Part shown: piece by piece, positions 20,102 to 29,494 of the stretch
Layout: each line of letters begins with the position of its first letter
How positions within the stretch are numbered: the stretch's first letter is position 1
Source of the DNA: a virus
Lineage: Duplodnaviria > Caudoviricetes
IMG/VR virus record: IMGVR_UViG_3300022555_000003
Location: 1-64,000 of that record
DNA length: 64,000 nucleotides
Direction: 5' to 3' (one strand)
Notes under the pieces: generated by a model
The model's input: only the letters and a program-made list of their open reading frames with translations
What the model was told of the DNA's origin: nothing
Database searches by the model: none
Position numbers and translations under genes: made by a program

Positions 20102-20446
20102 ATGAACACATTTAACGATTTACTCAAAAAGTTCGACACATTAGAAGAAGGATATGCAGACCTTACTCCTTCTGAAAGAACAGCTTTACGTATCAAACAA
20201 AATCGTGAAATTGATGCAAAAGCTGATGTTGTAAATGGCCAACGTAAACAAGAAGAATTAGATAAAATGCAAAAACAGCATTCAAAAATTGCCAAAAAAT
20301 ATACGAAATCAATTGAGTCTAAGCCAAAAAAATCTTGTTGGGGTTGTGGGTCAGAATGGAAAGATAGATGGTCTCAGAAGATGTTGCAACAGTTAGTTAT
20401 GAAAAACAAAAAACAAACCTTTGCCCAGATTGTCAAGAAGAAGTAA
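20102..20446 (+). CDS. Hypothetical (putative internal head protein)
   Basis: MNTFNDLLKKFDTLEE leader shared with 22250 ORF. Confidence 0.45.
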   Translation: MNTFNDLLKKFDTLEEGYADLTPSERTALRIKQNREIDAKADVVNGQRKQEELDKMQKQHSKIAKKYTKSIESKPKKSCWGCGSEWKDRWSQKMLQQLVMKNKKQTFAQIVKKK

Positions 20447-20591
20447 CAAAAAATGGCGAAATTAAAAAGTTTAAGTTTTTGAAATCTTTGACAAAATAGA
20501 TAAATATTCAAAATGACTTAGATAAATACTTTTGTGATTCGCGGTACTGATATACCCAATCACTCTATTACTGAAAAGGAGTAACAGCTCA

Positions 20592-21305
20592 ATGATATTT
20601 AGCGAGTTTCTAGATAATCCACAAACAAAAAGATATTATGAAATAATTGAAAATGCCAGATTATTTCCACTTCCAACAGACACTTATACCGAAAAACATC
20701 ATATCTTGCCAAATAGTTTTTATAAAGCAGGTTTGGTTACTGGCAATCCATATGATCCAATTAATATAGTTATATTAACAGGACGTGAACATTTTATATG
20801 CCACCAATTATTAACCGAAATGTTACCTATTGGCCCTGGTTATTATAAAATGTCACATGCATTTTTTGGCATGTGTCGTACTGGATCAAAAAATATTGGT
20901 CGATATATTCCAACTCCTGAAGAATACGAATTAGCTAAAATTTTAAGTGCTATTGCTATGTCAAAATTACATAAAAATAAACTAAAATCTGCGGAAGCAA
21001 AAGCTAATATGTCAAAAGCACTTAAAGGCAAACTAAAATCTGCAGAAACAAAAGCTAATATGTCAAAAGCATCTAAAGGAAAATCAAAATCTGCTGAACA
21101 TTGTGCTAATATGTCAAAACCAAGATCTGCTGAAGCAAAAGCTAATATGTCAAAAGCACATTTAGGTCATAAACATTCAGATGAAACTAAAGCCAAAATG
21201 TCAAAACCAAAATCTTCTAAGTCTATATCAAAGGGAATTGCAACCCGAAAAGCAAACAGAGAAGCAAAATTAAAATCTGATGATTTCAAAAATAATTTGT
21301 TCTAG
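20592..21305 (+). CDS. HNH homing endonuclease with NUMOD3-type repeats
   Basis: EKHHILP...N...LTGREHFICH; repeated KSAEAKANMSKA. Confidence 0.8.
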   Translation: MIFSEFLDNPQTKRYYEIIENARLFPLPTDTYTEKHHILPNSFYKAGLVTGNPYDPINIVILTGREHFICHQLLTEMLPIGPGYYKMSHAFFGMCRTGSKNIGRYIPTPEEYELAKILSAIAMSKLHKNKLKSAEAKANMSKALKGKLKSAETKANMSKASKGKSKSAEHCANMSKPRSAEAKANMSKAHLGHKHSDETKAKMSKPKSSKSISKGIATRKANREAKLKSDDFKNNLF

Positions 21306-21319
21306 ATAAATATTAATAG

Positions 21320-22222
21320 ATGAAAATAACAGAACTTACAAAAAATACTATAAGTAAAAATAAACATACATTGCTAAATGATCCAGTATCAATGTATAGC
21401 GATGCTATGATAAGTAAGTTCAAGCCAGTTGAAGGATTCCCATATATTGCAGTAGGTAAGTATAAATTTCCAGTTAAAAATGATTTGAACTCACAAAATT
21501 TTTGGGTAGTTAGACCCTTTAAATTAAGTAACGAACAAATAGAATTAATTGCATTATATCTAGGTTTAGGCACACCAAAAAGTGTAATTGCAAATAATAT
21601 TGATGAGCTTTCAACTATTTTAGAAAAGATGAAAGTTGAAGAACAACAGAAATATGCAGAAGAATTAAAAGACGCCATTAACGACTTTAAATATTGTATC
21701 AAAACTGATTCACTTGATTCATGGGAGTATCGTTTGATCAATGAGAAATTTCCATGGATGTTTGAAAATACTAACTATTTAGATTCCCCATGGCCAAAAC
21801 ATTATCTACCAGTTGCGTTTATGTCTTACGAAAATACAAAGATATATAACTTGCCATTTAAGTGTGTTGAGATAAATCAATCTAGTGTAGACAAAGATTT
21901 TCAAGGAATGGGTATTGGTTATGCTTTATATAAAGGTTTGATAAAATACGCCAATTTAAATTTAGTTGCAATCGGAAGTCATAGTAAAGGTGCTCAAAAA
22001 CTTTGGTCTAGACTGAATTTAGACAAAGATATAAAAATTTGGGCTGTTTCAGAAGAAAAAGATGGCATCCACTTTTATCCAATTGATAGTACCAATGACG
22101 CATTAACTATTAATAATAAGTCAGTATATTCTACTGCTAAAACAAAAGTTGATTATTCATTGCTTGCTATTGCGAAGAGCAGCAAACTTAATAAGGACAT
22201 TACCAAATCTAAGATGGTTTGA
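21320..22222 (+). CDS. Putative internal head protein with GNAT-like domain
   Basis: MKITEL leader; VDKDFQGMGIGYALY acetyl-CoA motif A; SKGAQKLW. Confidence 0.55.
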   Translation: MKITELTKNTISKNKHTLLNDPVSMYSDAMISKFKPVEGFPYIAVGKYKFPVKNDLNSQNFWVVRPFKLSNEQIELIALYLGLGTPKSVIANNIDELSTILEKMKVEEQQKYAEELKDAINDFKYCIKTDSLDSWEYRLINEKFPWMFENTNYLDSPWPKHYLPVAFMSYENTKIYNLPFKCVEINQSSVDKDFQGMGIGYALYKGLIKYANLNLVAIGSHSKGAQKLWSRLNLDKDIKIWAVSEEKDGIHFYPIDSTNDALTINNKSVYSTAKTKVDYSLLAIAKSSKLNKDITKSKMV

Positions 22223-22249
22223 GATAAATAATAGTAAAGGATATTCAAA

Positions 22250-23242
22250 ATGACGTTTAATGATATATTATCAAAATTCACTAAGCTAGAAGAAACATCG
22301 CAACAAACTTGTAAAAATTGTGGAGTATATCAAAAAACTCTCGAAGAAGGCTTGTGCGAAAAGTGTATGCCTGAAGAATCTAAAGAAGTAAAGGAAGTTG
22401 CACCTCCAGGTTTTGATCCAAAGTTAGAAAAGAAGTTACTAACACAATATGCTGATCAACCAGCTAAAGCTTATGCCACAATGTGGTCAATACATAATAA
22501 AAATTTGAAAGAATCTTATGATGTTTGTGAACACGATGACTATGATGAAGGTGTAAATGAATCTTCCACAAAGAAATGTATGAGTTGTGGTGAACAAATT
22601 CTAGGCCAAGGCAAAACAACTACAAAAGGCGACACAATTTGTAATAGCTGCGATAGATATTATGCATTTGGTGGACCTGGTGAACACGAATTAGATGAAT
22701 CTGATTTTGAACCAACAGAAGAATGTGTAAGTGATTGCTATAAAAATATGAAGCACTCTACACTTTGTCCTCATGCTATCGAAGTCAATGAATCAGAAAT
22801 GTGTGAAATGTGTAACGAAGATCCATGCACTTGTGATTATACTGATAATATTGAACCACAAATGAAGTTACTTCCTGAACCAGCAAAGCAACCAATTAAT
22901 GCTGCAATAACAGCAACAATGGATACAGCAACTGGCAAAAAGCAAGTAACTGTAACTGCTGATGGCGAAGGAGCAGATGAGTTACTAAAGATGCTTACTA
23001 TGGCTGGTTTAAATCCACAAATGGTTCAACCAGTAGCTCCAGTAGAAGAAGATCTTGCTAATTCACCTAATGCGAAATATACTAGTTCAGATGTTCAGTT
23101 GAATAAAATGTCAGATGGGCCAAATGCACCACATGGCCAATATAATAAAGATCGCGCACGTGATAATTCTATGTCAATTGATGAGTTAGCTGAATCTTTC
23201 CGTAAACAGTTTGTTAAAGAATCTAAGAAAAGGAGTAAGTGA
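22250..23242 (+). CDS. Cys-rich acidic hypothetical protein
   Basis: Multiple CxxC clusters; ATAAATA upstream. Confidence 0.5.
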   Translation: MTFNDILSKFTKLEETSQQTCKNCGVYQKTLEEGLCEKCMPEESKEVKEVAPPGFDPKLEKKLLTQYADQPAKAYATMWSIHNKNLKESYDVCEHDDYDEGVNESSTKKCMSCGEQILGQGKTTTKGDTICNSCDRYYAFGGPGEHELDESDFEPTEECVSDCYKNMKHSTLCPHAIEVNESEMCEMCNEDPCTCDYTDNIEPQMKLLPEPAKQPINAAITATMDTATGKKQVTVTADGEGADELLKMLTMAGLNPQMVQPVAPVEEDLANSPNAKYTSSDVQLNKMSDGPNAPHGQYNKDRARDNSMSIDELAESFRKQFVKESKKRSK

Positions 23243-23243
23243 C

Positions 23244-23843
23244 ATGACAACAAAAGATATATTCTTAGATACTATAAACAAGTTTAATGATATATTACAA
23301 AAGCCTGTACCTCAAATACTTAATGAAACCATTGTTAAGAGAGGTAGTAAGTGGTGTGTAATAAGCAAGAAGAAAAATAAAGAAGGCAAGCATAAAAATC
23401 TTGGTAAGTATGACACCAAAGAAGAAGCTGAAAAACGTCTTAAGCAAGTAGAATATTTTAAGCATGTAAAAGAAGGTGTAGAACAACCTGCGCCCAATAG
23501 AAACACAGTTATAAAGTTACTACAAAAATTACCACAGCCAATAATGTTAAATGGTGGTGGATATGGATATACTTGCAACGTAAAAAAAGATCCGATGATG
23601 TGGGAAACAAGTGATGGTGATACTATTGATTTAAAGAAGTATGGTAGCGACATTAAAGAGATTGGTCAATGGCTATCAACTTATCAACGTCAAGATTGGG
23701 AAAATTTATTCGACGATCGAGCTGCTGACTGGGAAATAGAAGATTATATTAATCAACTTATCGAAGAAAGAGTATTAGTCCCAGGTAAGTCGATGAAAAG
23801 TCAAGAAGAATTTGAACAAGGTGGATTGCGCGGAGACTATTAA
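23244..23843 (+). CDS. Hypothetical head-associated protein
   Basis: Start MTTKD with RBS aggag; KNLGKYDTKEEAEKRLKQVE module; C-terminal part paralogous to 24278..24601. Confidence 0.5.
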   Translation: MTTKDIFLDTINKFNDILQKPVPQILNETIVKRGSKWCVISKKKNKEGKHKNLGKYDTKEEAEKRLKQVEYFKHVKEGVEQPAPNRNTVIKLLQKLPQPIMLNGGGYGYTCNVKKDPMMWETSDGDTIDLKKYGSDIKEIGQWLSTYQRQDWENLFDDRAADWEIEDYINQLIEERVLVPGKSMKSQEEFEQGGLRGDY

Positions 23844-24273
23844 GTTGTTAATTAGTGAAGTAGTATCGCAAGAAGGATTAACTGCAATGCGTCGAATGGG
23901 TATGCAACAAGACCACGAAGGCGCATTAGCACGATCCAGATATGAAAAACTAACTGGAAAAGAGTGGACATCACCAAATAATATATCTCAACCTGAAGTA
24001 AAGAAAATTGATCCTACGTATGCAGGTAGAATGCAGGCTAAAAAATGCGTTGATATATTACAATCGTATGATTTTGTATTTGAAAGGCAAGAAATTTTTA
24101 AAAGCATAAGAACAAATATATATAGATATGCTGGAAAAAATTCATTATTTAAAGGACTTACTATCAGTGTTGATAGTACAAGTACCTGGAGAGTGTATCA
24201 AAATAAATTTTTCGAAGCAGTTGGACATACTCCCAACGAACTAAAAAAATTCCTAGAGTTATGTAGAGGATAA
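23812..24273 (+). CDS. Hypothetical protein (start uncertain)
   Basis: ORF track; co-oriented and fills gap. Confidence 0.4.
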   Translation: MNKVDCAETIKLLISEVVSQEGLTAMRRMGMQQDHEGALARSRYEKLTGKEWTSPNNISQPEVKKIDPTYAGRMQAKKCVDILQSYDFVFERQEIFKSIRTNIYRYAGKNSLFKGLTISVDSTSTWRVYQNKFFEAVGHTPNELKKFLELCRG

Positions 24274-24277
24274 AAAG

Positions 24278-24601
24278 ATGACAACATTGAACGATTATTT
24301 ACGCGAAGCTAATTTCAAGAAATGGCCAAAAGAAACTAACAGAGCTTTTGTTACTTTAATGTTATCACACTTGCCGCAGCCTATAACAGTAGGAGAATAT
24401 ACTTGTAATTTTTCTAGAGATCCACTTGTTTGGAAAAGTAAAGAAGGCAATATAATTAAGTTGTACGATTTGTCAGAGTTAGAAGAGTATCTAGATTTTC
24501 ATATTGCTCAAGAATGGCGAGAGCTATTTGACGAATACATTTCTAATGAACATGAATTACAGGCGGTAATAGAACATTTAGTTGATATTGGAGTAATATG
24601 A
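24278..24601 (+). CDS. Hypothetical protein, paralog of C-terminal half of 23244..23843
   Basis: LPQPI...YTCN..DP..W....G..I.L shared. Confidence 0.5.
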   Translation: MTTLNDYLREANFKKWPKETNRAFVTLMLSHLPQPITVGEYTCNFSRDPLVWKSKEGNIIKLYDLSELEEYLDFHIAQEWRELFDEYISNEHELQAVIEHLVDIGVI

Positions 24602-24954
24602 GATTATATGAGATAGCAGGTAAGAAAGAAAAAATTCACCCAGATCATAATAATGCAATTCCTAATGCAACTATGTTTCCTAAGATGGATCAATATTATG
24701 AGCTATACAGAGCTGGCGTAGAAATTGCTGGATTACCTGGCGAACCTATGCCGTCTTCGGGACCGAGCGGAGATGCACCATTTTTTGTTCCGTATTCACA
24801 ATGTGATCATGACATGATTAAGAAACTCACTAATTATGGTCCAAGAAAACAACTTACACATGGTAAGTCGAAAGAAGCAGATTCAACTCACAAAGTATCT
24901 CCATTTAATACTAATGCTAACAAGCCAAAGAAACCCAAAGTAGATGTATTCTAA
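24598..24954 (+). CDS. Hypothetical late protein
   Basis: MRLYEI leader; translationally coupled. Confidence 0.45.
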   Translation: MRLYEIAGKKEKIHPDHNNAIPNATMFPKMDQYYELYRAGVEIAGLPGEPMPSSGPSGDAPFFVPYSQCDHDMIKKLTNYGPRKQLTHGKSKEADSTHKVSPFNTNANKPKKPKVDVF

Positions 24955-25451
24955 TGCAGATTAATGAACTATTGGGTAAGAATATATCTGATGAATCATA
25001 TGACTTCAAAGAAATAAATGATGATACCTATAGATTTGAAACTGATTCCAATAGAATATACGATGTTATATTTTCTTTTTTCGAAGGACCACATATAGTT
25101 GAAGTTACATTTGGTCTTAAAGTTAAAGATGCGTCATATTATAATTATGGTGTTGCATCATTAAATGATATGAAAGAAACTATTAAAGTATTTACAACAG
25201 TGATTAATATCTGTAAATTATACTGTGAACAAAAACATCCATTGGTTTGGGTATTTGCTGCCAAAGAACAATCTAGAATAAAGTTATATCAAAGACTTTC
25301 TTTGACTTTAGCAAAAACATTTAATTTAAAATATAAAATTGAAACTATGTATGGTGAAAAGATGTTTATATTGTGGGATAAAACGCCTGATGCGCAGAGA
25401 TTAGCCCAAGGATATATCAATCGAAATCTTGGTTGGGAACCTGATGTTTGA
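24954..25451 (+). CDS. Hypothetical protein (possible degenerate GNAT-like fold)
   Basis: MQINEL leader; F.AKEQSRIKLY.RL. Confidence 0.4.
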   Translation: MQINELLGKNISDESYDFKEINDDTYRFETDSNRIYDVIFSFFEGPHIVEVTFGLKVKDASYYNYGVASLNDMKETIKVFTTVINICKLYCEQKHPLVWVFAAKEQSRIKLYQRLSLTLAKTFNLKYKIETMYGEKMFILWDKTPDAQRLAQGYINRNLGWEPDV

Positions 25452-25979
25452 AGCAGTCTTTCCACCAACCCGTAAGTAAGGTATCCACGATGCATGAGAT
25501 ACTATAATTGGCAACTCGAGACGTTTTGCTGAGAGTGAGTAGTAGTCTGGGACCCAAGGTTTAAATAACGGAGTCCAATGTTGATGTCCTTTACGTAAAT
25601 TACAAGTTTTACAAGCTGAAATACAATTACTCCAGGTGCTTCGCCCGCCTTCACATTTTGGGATAACATGATCCACACTTAAATCTTTATGTGAGAATAC
25701 TTCACCACAGTATCCACACTTATATCCATCTCTAATATATAGAAGTTGTCTGCTAAATCTAACCTTACCTTTTCTAAAATTAAACTTTTCTTTTGTTATA
25801 GCAACTGAAGGTAATTGTATAGATAACTTTGGAGATCTAATCCATCTATCTTCATACAAGTGTATAGGAGTAATTTTTTCAAGGCAATACAATCTCATGC
25901 AATCTTGCCATGAAATAACACTCAAAGGCAAGAAATCTGTTGGCTCTCCTGAATTAGTTAACAACAAGGTGTCTGACAT
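25401..25979 (-). CDS. HNH endonuclease (McrA-like)
   Basis: RDGYKCGYCG...DHVIP...GG...W.NC..ACKTCNLRKG. Confidence 0.9.
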   Translation of the reverse strand: MSDTLLLTNSGEPTDFLPLSVISWQDCMRLYCLEKITPIHLYEDRWIRSPKLSIQLPSVAITKEKFNFRKGKVRFSRQLLYIRDGYKCGYCGEVFSHKDLSVDHVIPKCEGGRSTWSNCISACKTCNLRKGHQHWTPLFKPWVPDYYSLSAKRLELPIIVSHASWIPYLRVGGKTASNIRFPTKISIDISLG

Positions 25980-26020
25980 ATTAATACTTATCCTACAAAT
26001 AATCAGGTAAATATTATTAC

Positions 26021-26410
26021 ATGTCTCGCCCATTAGATACCGTATTAATTAAAAAACCAAATAGAGTACAGAGTTATACTGAAGATCAAATTGAAGAATT
26101 GAATAAATGTCTTGATCCAGTTACTGGCCCATTATATTTTTTAAGTAATTTTTTTTACATACAGCATCCTACTCGTGGCAAGTTACTTTATGATCCATAT
26201 ATTTTTCAAGAACGATTAGTTGATACTATCCATAATAATATATTTTCAATTGCGCTCTGCCCGAGACAAGTGGGCAAGTGTTTAGAGAAAAGTATAAATA
26301 TAACTATAAGGAATAAAAAAACAGGAAAAATTTATGAAATTCCTATAGGAAAATATTATGAATGGAACAAAGATAAAAGAATTGATATTAGCAACTACGA
26401 ACGAAAATAA
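26021..26410 (+). CDS. terL: Terminase large subunit fragment 1 plus split intein N-part (43 aa from Cys at 26279)
   Basis: YFLSNFFYIQHP, ..PRQVGK Walker A, then CLEKSINITIR.. Confidence 0.9.
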   Translation: MSRPLDTVLIKKPNRVQSYTEDQIEELNKCLDPVTGPLYFLSNFFYIQHPTRGKLLYDPYIFQERLVDTIHNNIFSIALCPRQVGKCLEKSINITIRNKKTGKIYEIPIGKYYEWNKDKRIDISNYERK

Positions 26411-27356
26411 AACATATTATAATTGGTGTAAAAAGCATGAATGTGAAAAAAGAGGTAAAGGAACAAATACTAGATGTGAAACTTGCTTAATAGAAAAGTC
26501 ACATTTGAAATTTACTAATGTAAACATAGATGAATGGGTTGAATGTAAAGTATGTGGAATGAGACTAAAAGAACTTGGAGTTCACTTGATTAATGTTCAT
26601 AATATTAATACCAAAGAATATAGAAAAGAGGGCAATTATACAAAATGTAAAATAGCAAGAGAACGGATCAAAGGCGAAAAAAATCCTGGATTTAATCATA
26701 ATGGCCGAATGTCAGCATGGAGTAAAAACTTTAAAAATGGGTACGATGAAGGTAAACATATTCAGGCCAAAGAAAATCATAAAAAGTATATGTCTGAGAA
26801 TAAAGATAAATCGATGTTTAGAATCGATTATTGGATTAAACAAGCAGAAGGAGACACAGAAGAAGCACAAAAATTATATAAGAAATCACAAACAAGAAGT
26901 TTAGAATGGTTTATAAATAAATTTGGTCTAATCGAAGGACCAATTCGACACCAATCCAAAACTGAAAAGTGGATGAAAAGTTTTAAAAAATGTAATTTTT
27001 CTAAAATATCACAAATATTATTTGATGAAATATACAATAATTTAAACGATAAAGATGAAATTTATTATGCAACTTTAGACAGAGAAGATATGAAGAAATA
27101 TTTTAATAAAGAATATATTTTTAAAACGAATAGCTCATATATACGGCCTGATTTTATTTGTTTATCTAGAAAGAAGATTATAGAATTTGATGGAACATAC
27201 TGGCATTCTCCACGTAAAGCTAATATTCTAAGAGACCAATTCAGAGACGATAAAATTTTAGAAAAAGGATTTCAAGTATTACATATTTTAGAATACGATT
27301 TTGAAAAAGACAAAGAAGGAATCATACAAAAATGCCTGAATTTTCTGAACAAGTAG
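26358..27356 (+). CDS. Free-standing Vsr/DUF559-like homing endonuclease inside fractured terL
   Basis: PDF.....KIIEFDGTYWH...RD..RD..I...GFQVLHI.E; Zn-finger-like N terminus. Confidence 0.8.
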   Translation: MNGTKIKELILATTNENKTYYNWCKKHECEKRGKGTNTRCETCLIEKSHLKFTNVNIDEWVECKVCGMRLKELGVHLINVHNINTKEYRKEGNYTKCKIARERIKGEKNPGFNHNGRMSAWSKNFKNGYDEGKHIQAKENHKKYMSENKDKSMFRIDYWIKQAEGDTEEAQKLYKKSQTRSLEWFINKFGLIEGPIRHQSKTEKWMKSFKKCNFSKISQILFDEIYNNLNDKDEIYYATLDREDMKKYFNKEYIFKTNSSYIRPDFICLSRKKIIEFDGTYWHSPRKANILRDQFRDDKILEKGFQVLHILEYDFEKDKEGIIQKCLNFLNK

Positions 27357-28402
27357 AACGAAAATTTATAGATCAAATACAAATCGATAATGAATGGGAA
27401 ATTGAAACCGATACTGGGTGGGAACCCATTACTTCAATTAATAAAACAGTCAAGTATCAAATATATGAACTGTATCTTGAAAATGGAATGTTTCTAAAAT
27501 GTGCAGATACACATATTGTATTTGATGAAAATTTTAATGAAGTATATGTAAAAGATCTTAAAATTACTAATACAGTTATAACTAAAGATGGACCAGTAAA
27601 TGTTAAACAACTTATAAAAACAGATAATTTTGATAATATGTTTGATTTGACTGTCAATAGTAATAATCATAGATTTTATACAAATGATATATTAAGTCAT
27701 AATACAATTACAGTCAGTGGATATTTACTTTGGTATGCTATGTTTGTTCCTGATTCAACTATTTTAATAGCTGCTCATAAGTATATTGGAGCTCAGGAAA
27801 TTATGCAACGTATTAGATATGCATATGAAAGCGTCCCGGATCATATACGTGCTGGTTCAACTAGTTATAATAAAGGTAGTTTAGAATTTGATAATGGGTC
27901 AAGAATTATGGCTCAAACAACTACGCCAACAACAGGTCGTGGAACTTCAATTTCAATATTATACTGCGATGAAATGGCATTCGTACCTGGAACTATAGCA
28001 AAAGAATTTTGGACAAGTATCAGTCCTGCACTCAGCACAGGTGGTAAAGCAATTATTACTAGCACTCCAAATAGTGATGAAGATCAATTTGCTATGATTT
28101 GGAAGCAAGCTAATAAATGCATAGATTCATTTGGAAATAAGACTGAATTGGGTATAAATGGATTCAAAGCATTTAGATCATATTGGGAAGAGCACCCAGA
28201 TAGAGACGAAAAGTGGAAACAAACTGAAATTGGCAGAATAGGAATTGATCGTTTTGAACGAGAACACAATTGCTGCAACGGTAATACAAAAATTGAGCTG
28301 ATAGATAATATAGGCAAAGAATTAGTTATTTCAATGGAAGAGTTTTTTAATATTATAGATAAAAATAAATCTATCGAAGAAAAAAATCATATGAGGTACT
28401 AA
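27332..28402 (+). CDS. terL: Split intein C-part 1 (27332..27703) + TerL ATPase fragment + split intein N-part 2 (from 28271)
   Basis: FYTNDILSHN/T junction; TGRGTS, LYCDEMAF Walker B, ITSTPN; REHN/CCNGNTKIEL. Confidence 0.92.
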   Translation: MPEFSEQVERKFIDQIQIDNEWEIETDTGWEPITSINKTVKYQIYELYLENGMFLKCADTHIVFDENFNEVYVKDLKITNTVITKDGPVNVKQLIKTDNFDNMFDLTVNSNNHRFYTNDILSHNTITVSGYLLWYAMFVPDSTILIAAHKYIGAQEIMQRIRYAYESVPDHIRAGSTSYNKGSLEFDNGSRIMAQTTTPTTGRGTSISILYCDEMAFVPGTIAKEFWTSISPALSTGGKAIITSTPNSDEDQFAMIWKQANKCIDSFGNKTELGINGFKAFRSYWEEHPDRDEKWKQTEIGRIGIDRFEREHNCCNGNTKIELIDNIGKELVISMEEFFNIIDKNKSIEEKNHMRY

Positions 28403-28403
28403 C

Positions 28404-29486
28404 ATGGGAGTAATATTCAAAAAAAATGTAAATCAGTACAAAGTATCGACACCAAATGGATATAAAATGTTCTCAGGAATTAGTTATATGGGAGATAAAG
28501 AAATATATCATTGTAAATTTGAAGATAACATTTGGCTTGAAAGTACTATCGATCATAAAATTTATATTTCTAATACAGAATATAAAACAATCAATGAATT
28601 GGAAATTGGTGATTGTATATTAACTTCTGTTGGTAAAAAGAAATTATTAGAAAAAATTGATACAAACACAATTCAAAAAGTATATGATCTAATAGACGTT
28701 GAAGATGGTCATAGATATTATACCAATGGAGTTCTATCATCAAATTGCTCTTTTATTACAGCAGATGAGACTTTAATTAGTAATATGAAAATTCCTGAAC
28801 TTAAAAGTTCAGAGCCAATATTCATGCAAGGCCAAGTTCGATGGTATTTGACTCCAACTAAAGGTAATACTTACATTCTAGGGCTTGATCCAAGTTTAGG
28901 TACTGGTGGAGATATGGCGGCTATTCAAGTATTTGAAAGCCCAAGTATGAAACAAGCTGCTGAATGGCAACACAATAAAACACCAATACAAAAACAAATA
29001 CAAGTTTTAAAAGAAATGACAAAGTATCTAAGTGATATAGTTGGGAATAACAATATTTATTATAGCGTTGAAAATAATACATTAGGTGAAGCTGCATTAG
29101 TTAGCATAGCTGATATTGGTGAAGAAAATATTCCAGGTATATTTCTAAGTGAGCCATCAAAGTTAGGAACATCTAGGGCATACAGAAAAGGTTTTACAAC
29201 CACTAATAAATCTAAATTGGCAGCTTGTGCTAAATTAAAAAGTTTGATTGAAAACGACAAGATAACTATTAATAGTAAAAATTTAATTTCTGAACTCAAA
29301 ACTTTCGTAAGTTCTGGAGCTAGCTTTTCAGCTAAATCTGGTGAAACTGATGACTTAATAATGGCTACTATTTTAGTTGTGAGAATGGCAACAGTTTTGA
29401 AACAATATGATCCAGCATTAGATAATCAATTTAGTGAGAAGAATGAAGAAGCACAACCAATGCCTTTCATAATGGTATTTAGATAA
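28404..29486 (+). CDS. terL: Split intein C-part 2 (28404..28745) + TerL nuclease fragment
   Basis: YYTNGVLSSN/C junction; LGLDPS.G.GGD, VENN, DDLIMA nuclease motifs; SD gaggt. Confidence 0.92.
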   Translation: MGVIFKKNVNQYKVSTPNGYKMFSGISYMGDKEIYHCKFEDNIWLESTIDHKIYISNTEYKTINELEIGDCILTSVGKKKLLEKIDTNTIQKVYDLIDVEDGHRYYTNGVLSSNCSFITADETLISNMKIPELKSSEPIFMQGQVRWYLTPTKGNTYILGLDPSLGTGGDMAAIQVFESPSMKQAAEWQHNKTPIQKQIQVLKEMTKYLSDIVGNNNIYYSVENNTLGEAALVSIADIGEENIPGIFLSEPSKLGTSRAYRKGFTTTNKSKLAACAKLKSLIENDKITINSKNLISELKTFVSSGASFSAKSGETDDLIMATILVVRMATVLKQYDPALDNQFSEKNEEAQPMPFIMVFR

Positions 29487-29494
29487 ATAATATT

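Noticed and set aside
28400-28406. Sequencing frameshift splitting terL
   Set aside because: There is a clean stop, an SD (gaggt) and an ATG, at the position where known atypical TerL inteins are split; read confirmation is still advisable
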